Origin: a virus
IMG/VR virus record: IMGVR_UViG_3300048834_000128
Coordinates: 1 to 64,000 of that record
DNA length: 64,000 bases
Strand: one strand, 5' to 3'
Part shown: one piece after another, positions 61,790-64,000 of the stretch
Position numbering within the stretch: position 1 is the stretch's first letter
Layout: every line of letters begins with the position of its first letter
Notes under the pieces: generated by a model
What the model was told of the DNA's origin: nothing
Seen by the model: only the letters and a program-made list of their open reading frames with translations
The model's database searches: none
Position numbers and translations under genes: made by a program

Positions 61790-62733
61790 TAGTAGTTTGT
61801 AATTAAAACCTCTTCAACGGCATTTCTACCATTTGGTTTGCAATTTACAAGTCTTGGAGCATTTACAATAGAAATTTTGAACATATTACCCTTATATAAA
61901 TCTCTTATGAAAGGTGTATTGCTATTTGAAACCATTATTTTCACTCCTTTTTTATGAAGTGACTTGCAAAACTCAGAAAGTTCCCTTTGGTTTTGTTCTG
62001 TAAATCCATCAACTGCATACTTTGTAAATGATGTATCAGTAGTAGGGTGATATGGGGGATCAAAATAAATGAAATCGCCATTTTGCGGACTTAGTTTTGA
62101 ATAATCACCATATCTAACATCTACATTCTGCAATGCTTTATTACAAAGCAAAAGATTGTCCTTTTGGCAAATTCCAGGATTTACATATTTACCCATAGGC
62201 ACATTAAATTCACCTTTTGAATTGACACGATATAAACCATTAAAACAAGTCTTATTCAAATATATCATTCGTGCTGCAATTTCAATAGGGTCTTCTAAAT
62301 TGTGCTGTGAACGAATATGATAATAATATACTTCATTGTGTTTTGCTTGATGTTTTTCAAGAATTTCAATCAACTTTTCAACGTCCTTTTGAATGACCTT
62401 GTAAGTTAAAATCAAGTCCATATTAGCATCATTTAAAACAGCATTATTTAGTTTTGATTGCAATTCAAAAAACAATGCACCTCCACCAACAAAGCCCTCC
62501 CAATATGTATTAAAGTGTTCGGGTAATCTTGATGTCAGTTCGTGCATTATACTGCGCTTACCGCCAACCCATTTTAAAAAGGGGGTTGCTTTATCTCCTT
62601 GCTCTTCATCTTCTGGTATATCAGACAAGTCCTTTGTATTCACATTTGAAAACCTTTCAAGTGCTTCCGAAAATGGCATATCAAGGCTGAATGCAGGATC
62701 GTGTTTTTTTGGGTTTGATGTTTGTTTTGACAT
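61789..62733 (-). CDS. Dam-like N6-adenine DNA methyltransferase (D12 class)
   Basis: PFLKWVGGKR, EGFVGGGA, YLNKTCFNGLYRVN, DPPY, EVLITNY. Confidence 0.93.
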   Translation of the reverse strand: MSKQTSNPKKHDPAFSLDMPFSEALERFSNVNTKDLSDIPEDEEQGDKATPFLKWVGGKRSIMHELTSRLPEHFNTYWEGFVGGGALFFELQSKLNNAVLNDANMDLILTYKVIQKDVEKLIEILEKHQAKHNEVYYYHIRSQHNLEDPIEIAARMIYLNKTCFNGLYRVNSKGEFNVPMGKYVNPGICQKDNLLLCNKALQNVDVRYGDYSKLSPQNGDFIYFDPPYHPTTDTSFTKYAVDGFTEQNQRELSEFCKSLHKKGVKIMVSNSNTPFIRDLYKGNMFKISIVNAPRLVNCKPNGRNAVEEVLITNY

Positions 62734-63674
62734 TATGCGTTAGCGATTAGTTGTTGATATTTGATTCGTTTTCCATCGCAACTATTCAGTAGCAAATTAA
62801 ACCTATTTTCTTGTGATATTTCTCTTGTATTATATCTAAACGCAAATTCATTCAAATAGTTGTTAAGGTGTTTAGGACTTACGAAATGGTAAATTCCTAT
62901 AATACCACGTTTTAAAAGCGAGAAAAAACCCTCTGCGGTGTTAGTGTGAACTTCACCTTTTACATACTCACCATGTCCATGTTTTACTATTTGGTGATTG
63001 TAAAGCCATTTTACTGAATTATAAACCCTATACTCATCGGTCATTAGTTTTGTTCCTAAAACCACATTGTTAGTAATAAAATTACCTATTGCTTTGCTAT
63101 CGACTGAATCAGATTTTTGAACCTTTACAATTCCTTTTCTTTCTACAACTGCAAGGACTGGAGTTTTAGTCTTTGTGCTTCTACCTTGTGTATTTTCAGT
63201 TTTCTTAGATCTATGTTTGTTCTTTTCTTTGCCACCAATGTATGTTTCATCAGCCTCAACGATATTTTTCAAAGGAGCATTGAAAGCCTTTGTTCTACTT
63301 GCGTGGCGTAATCTATGAAGCATAAACCAAGCGGTTTTTTGTGTTACATCCAAATCTTTGCCTAACTGCAAAGAACTGATACCTTTTTTGTGTGAGGTTA
63401 TTAGATAGATAGCAACAAACCATTTTTGAAGTGAAATTTTAGTACCCTCGAAAATGCTACCAACCTTAGCAGTAAATTGTTTACGACAATCTTTGCATTT
63501 AAACCTTTTTCCATCTGAAAATGCGTAAACTTTCTCATTTCCACAATGAGGGCAATAAATACCATCTTTCCAACGCATTTGTTTTAGGTGTTCAAGGCAA
63601 ACTTTCTCATCAGAGAAATAATTCATAACTTGCATTAAACTATTGAAATTCAGGTTTTTGCTATCTTTTTTCAT
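62733..63674 (-). CDS. IS1595-family DDE transposase
   Basis: Zn ribbon CPHCG...CKDC, KKGISSLQL...TQKTAWFMLHRLR, EADETY, TDEY..Y, HTNTAEGFFSLLKR, YLNEFAFRYN. Confidence 0.96.
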   Translation of the reverse strand: MKKDSKNLNFNSLMQVMNYFSDEKVCLEHLKQMRWKDGIYCPHCGNEKVYAFSDGKRFKCKDCRKQFTAKVGSIFEGTKISLQKWFVAIYLITSHKKGISSLQLGKDLDVTQKTAWFMLHRLRHASRTKAFNAPLKNIVEADETYIGGKEKNKHRSKKTENTQGRSTKTKTPVLAVVERKGIVKVQKSDSVDSKAIGNFITNNVVLGTKLMTDEYRVYNSVKWLYNHQIVKHGHGEYVKGEVHTNTAEGFFSLLKRGIIGIYHFVSPKHLNNYLNEFAFRYNTREISQENRFNLLLNSCDGKRIKYQQLIANA

Positions 63675-63748
63675 ATTCTATGTCCTAATTGACACTACAA
63701 ATATACACAAAATTTTGGGTTAAACAAGTATATAATTACCTAAACAAT

Positions 63749-64000
63749 AAATACATGAAAGTGTTATTAAGGGATGGGAATAGAAAAAAACTGGTTTATT
63801 TACATAGGTTAATAGCAGGGGCATTCATTGATAATCCTAACAACCATCCTATGATAAACCATATAGACGGCAATAGATTAAACAATTCTATCGACAACTT
63901 AGAATGGTGCACAAATTCAGAAAACCAAATACATGCAATATCCATCGGGTTAGTAGATAGGGGTGATTTATATAAGAGGCTCAATAATAACGGAAGAAGA
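63749..64000 (+). pseudogene. NUMOD4-HNH endonuclease, 3' part
   Basis: KYMKVLL...LHRLIAGAFIDNP...INHIDGNRLNNSIDNLEWCTNSENQIHA. Confidence 0.9.

Larger units (their letters stand above)
61309..63740 (-). mobile_element. IS1595-family transporter IS carrying a methyltransferase and a nuclease
   Basis: TIRs GGTAACTATATACAAGATTAACCTAAA / GGTAATTATATACTTGTTTAACCCAAA (22/27 match); 8-bp TSD TAAACAAT at 61301-08 and 63741-48. Confidence 0.95.

Overview
The whole window is part of a dsDNA tailed-phage genome that almost certainly infects a Bacteroidota host: TAnnTTTG (-7) and TTTG (-33) promoters recur, and leaders are A-rich without SD. The virion module is crAss-like and podoviral. Layout: (i) 1-5.7 kb, minus-strand AT-rich early/host-takeover genes, with a hammerhead ribozyme in one intergenic gap; (ii) a non-coding strand and composition switch at about 5.7-6.4 kb; (iii) plus-strand middle genes (HNH, antirepressor, tandem GroES, VRR-NUC, RyR-domain); (iv) terminase, portal, a non-coding island with sRNA, attenuator and large structured RNA, then scaffold and major capsid protein; (v) tRNA-Trp, holin, M15 endolysin and an AT-rich array of small genes (PAPS-reductase family, u-spanin-like lipoprotein); (vi) tail ring and muzzle proteins, ejected cargo proteins including a 2300-aa polyvalent protein, collagen and glycine-rich fibres, and a GT2-TPR glycosyltransferase; (vii) an intact IS1595-family element (61309-63740, 8-bp TSD) carrying a Dam-like methyltransferase and a PD-(D/E)XK nuclease, inserted into an HNH gene. 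No replication genes, integrase or virion RNA polymerase are recognisable. The most unusual signals are RNA-level: a ~400-nt non-coding locus with two loop-loop kissing pairs, candidate antisense sRNAs, the hammerhead, and a phage-specific late promoter (AACAAC-N16-TAnnTTTG, 7 copies). All protein calls come from motif recognition and gene order, not database searches.
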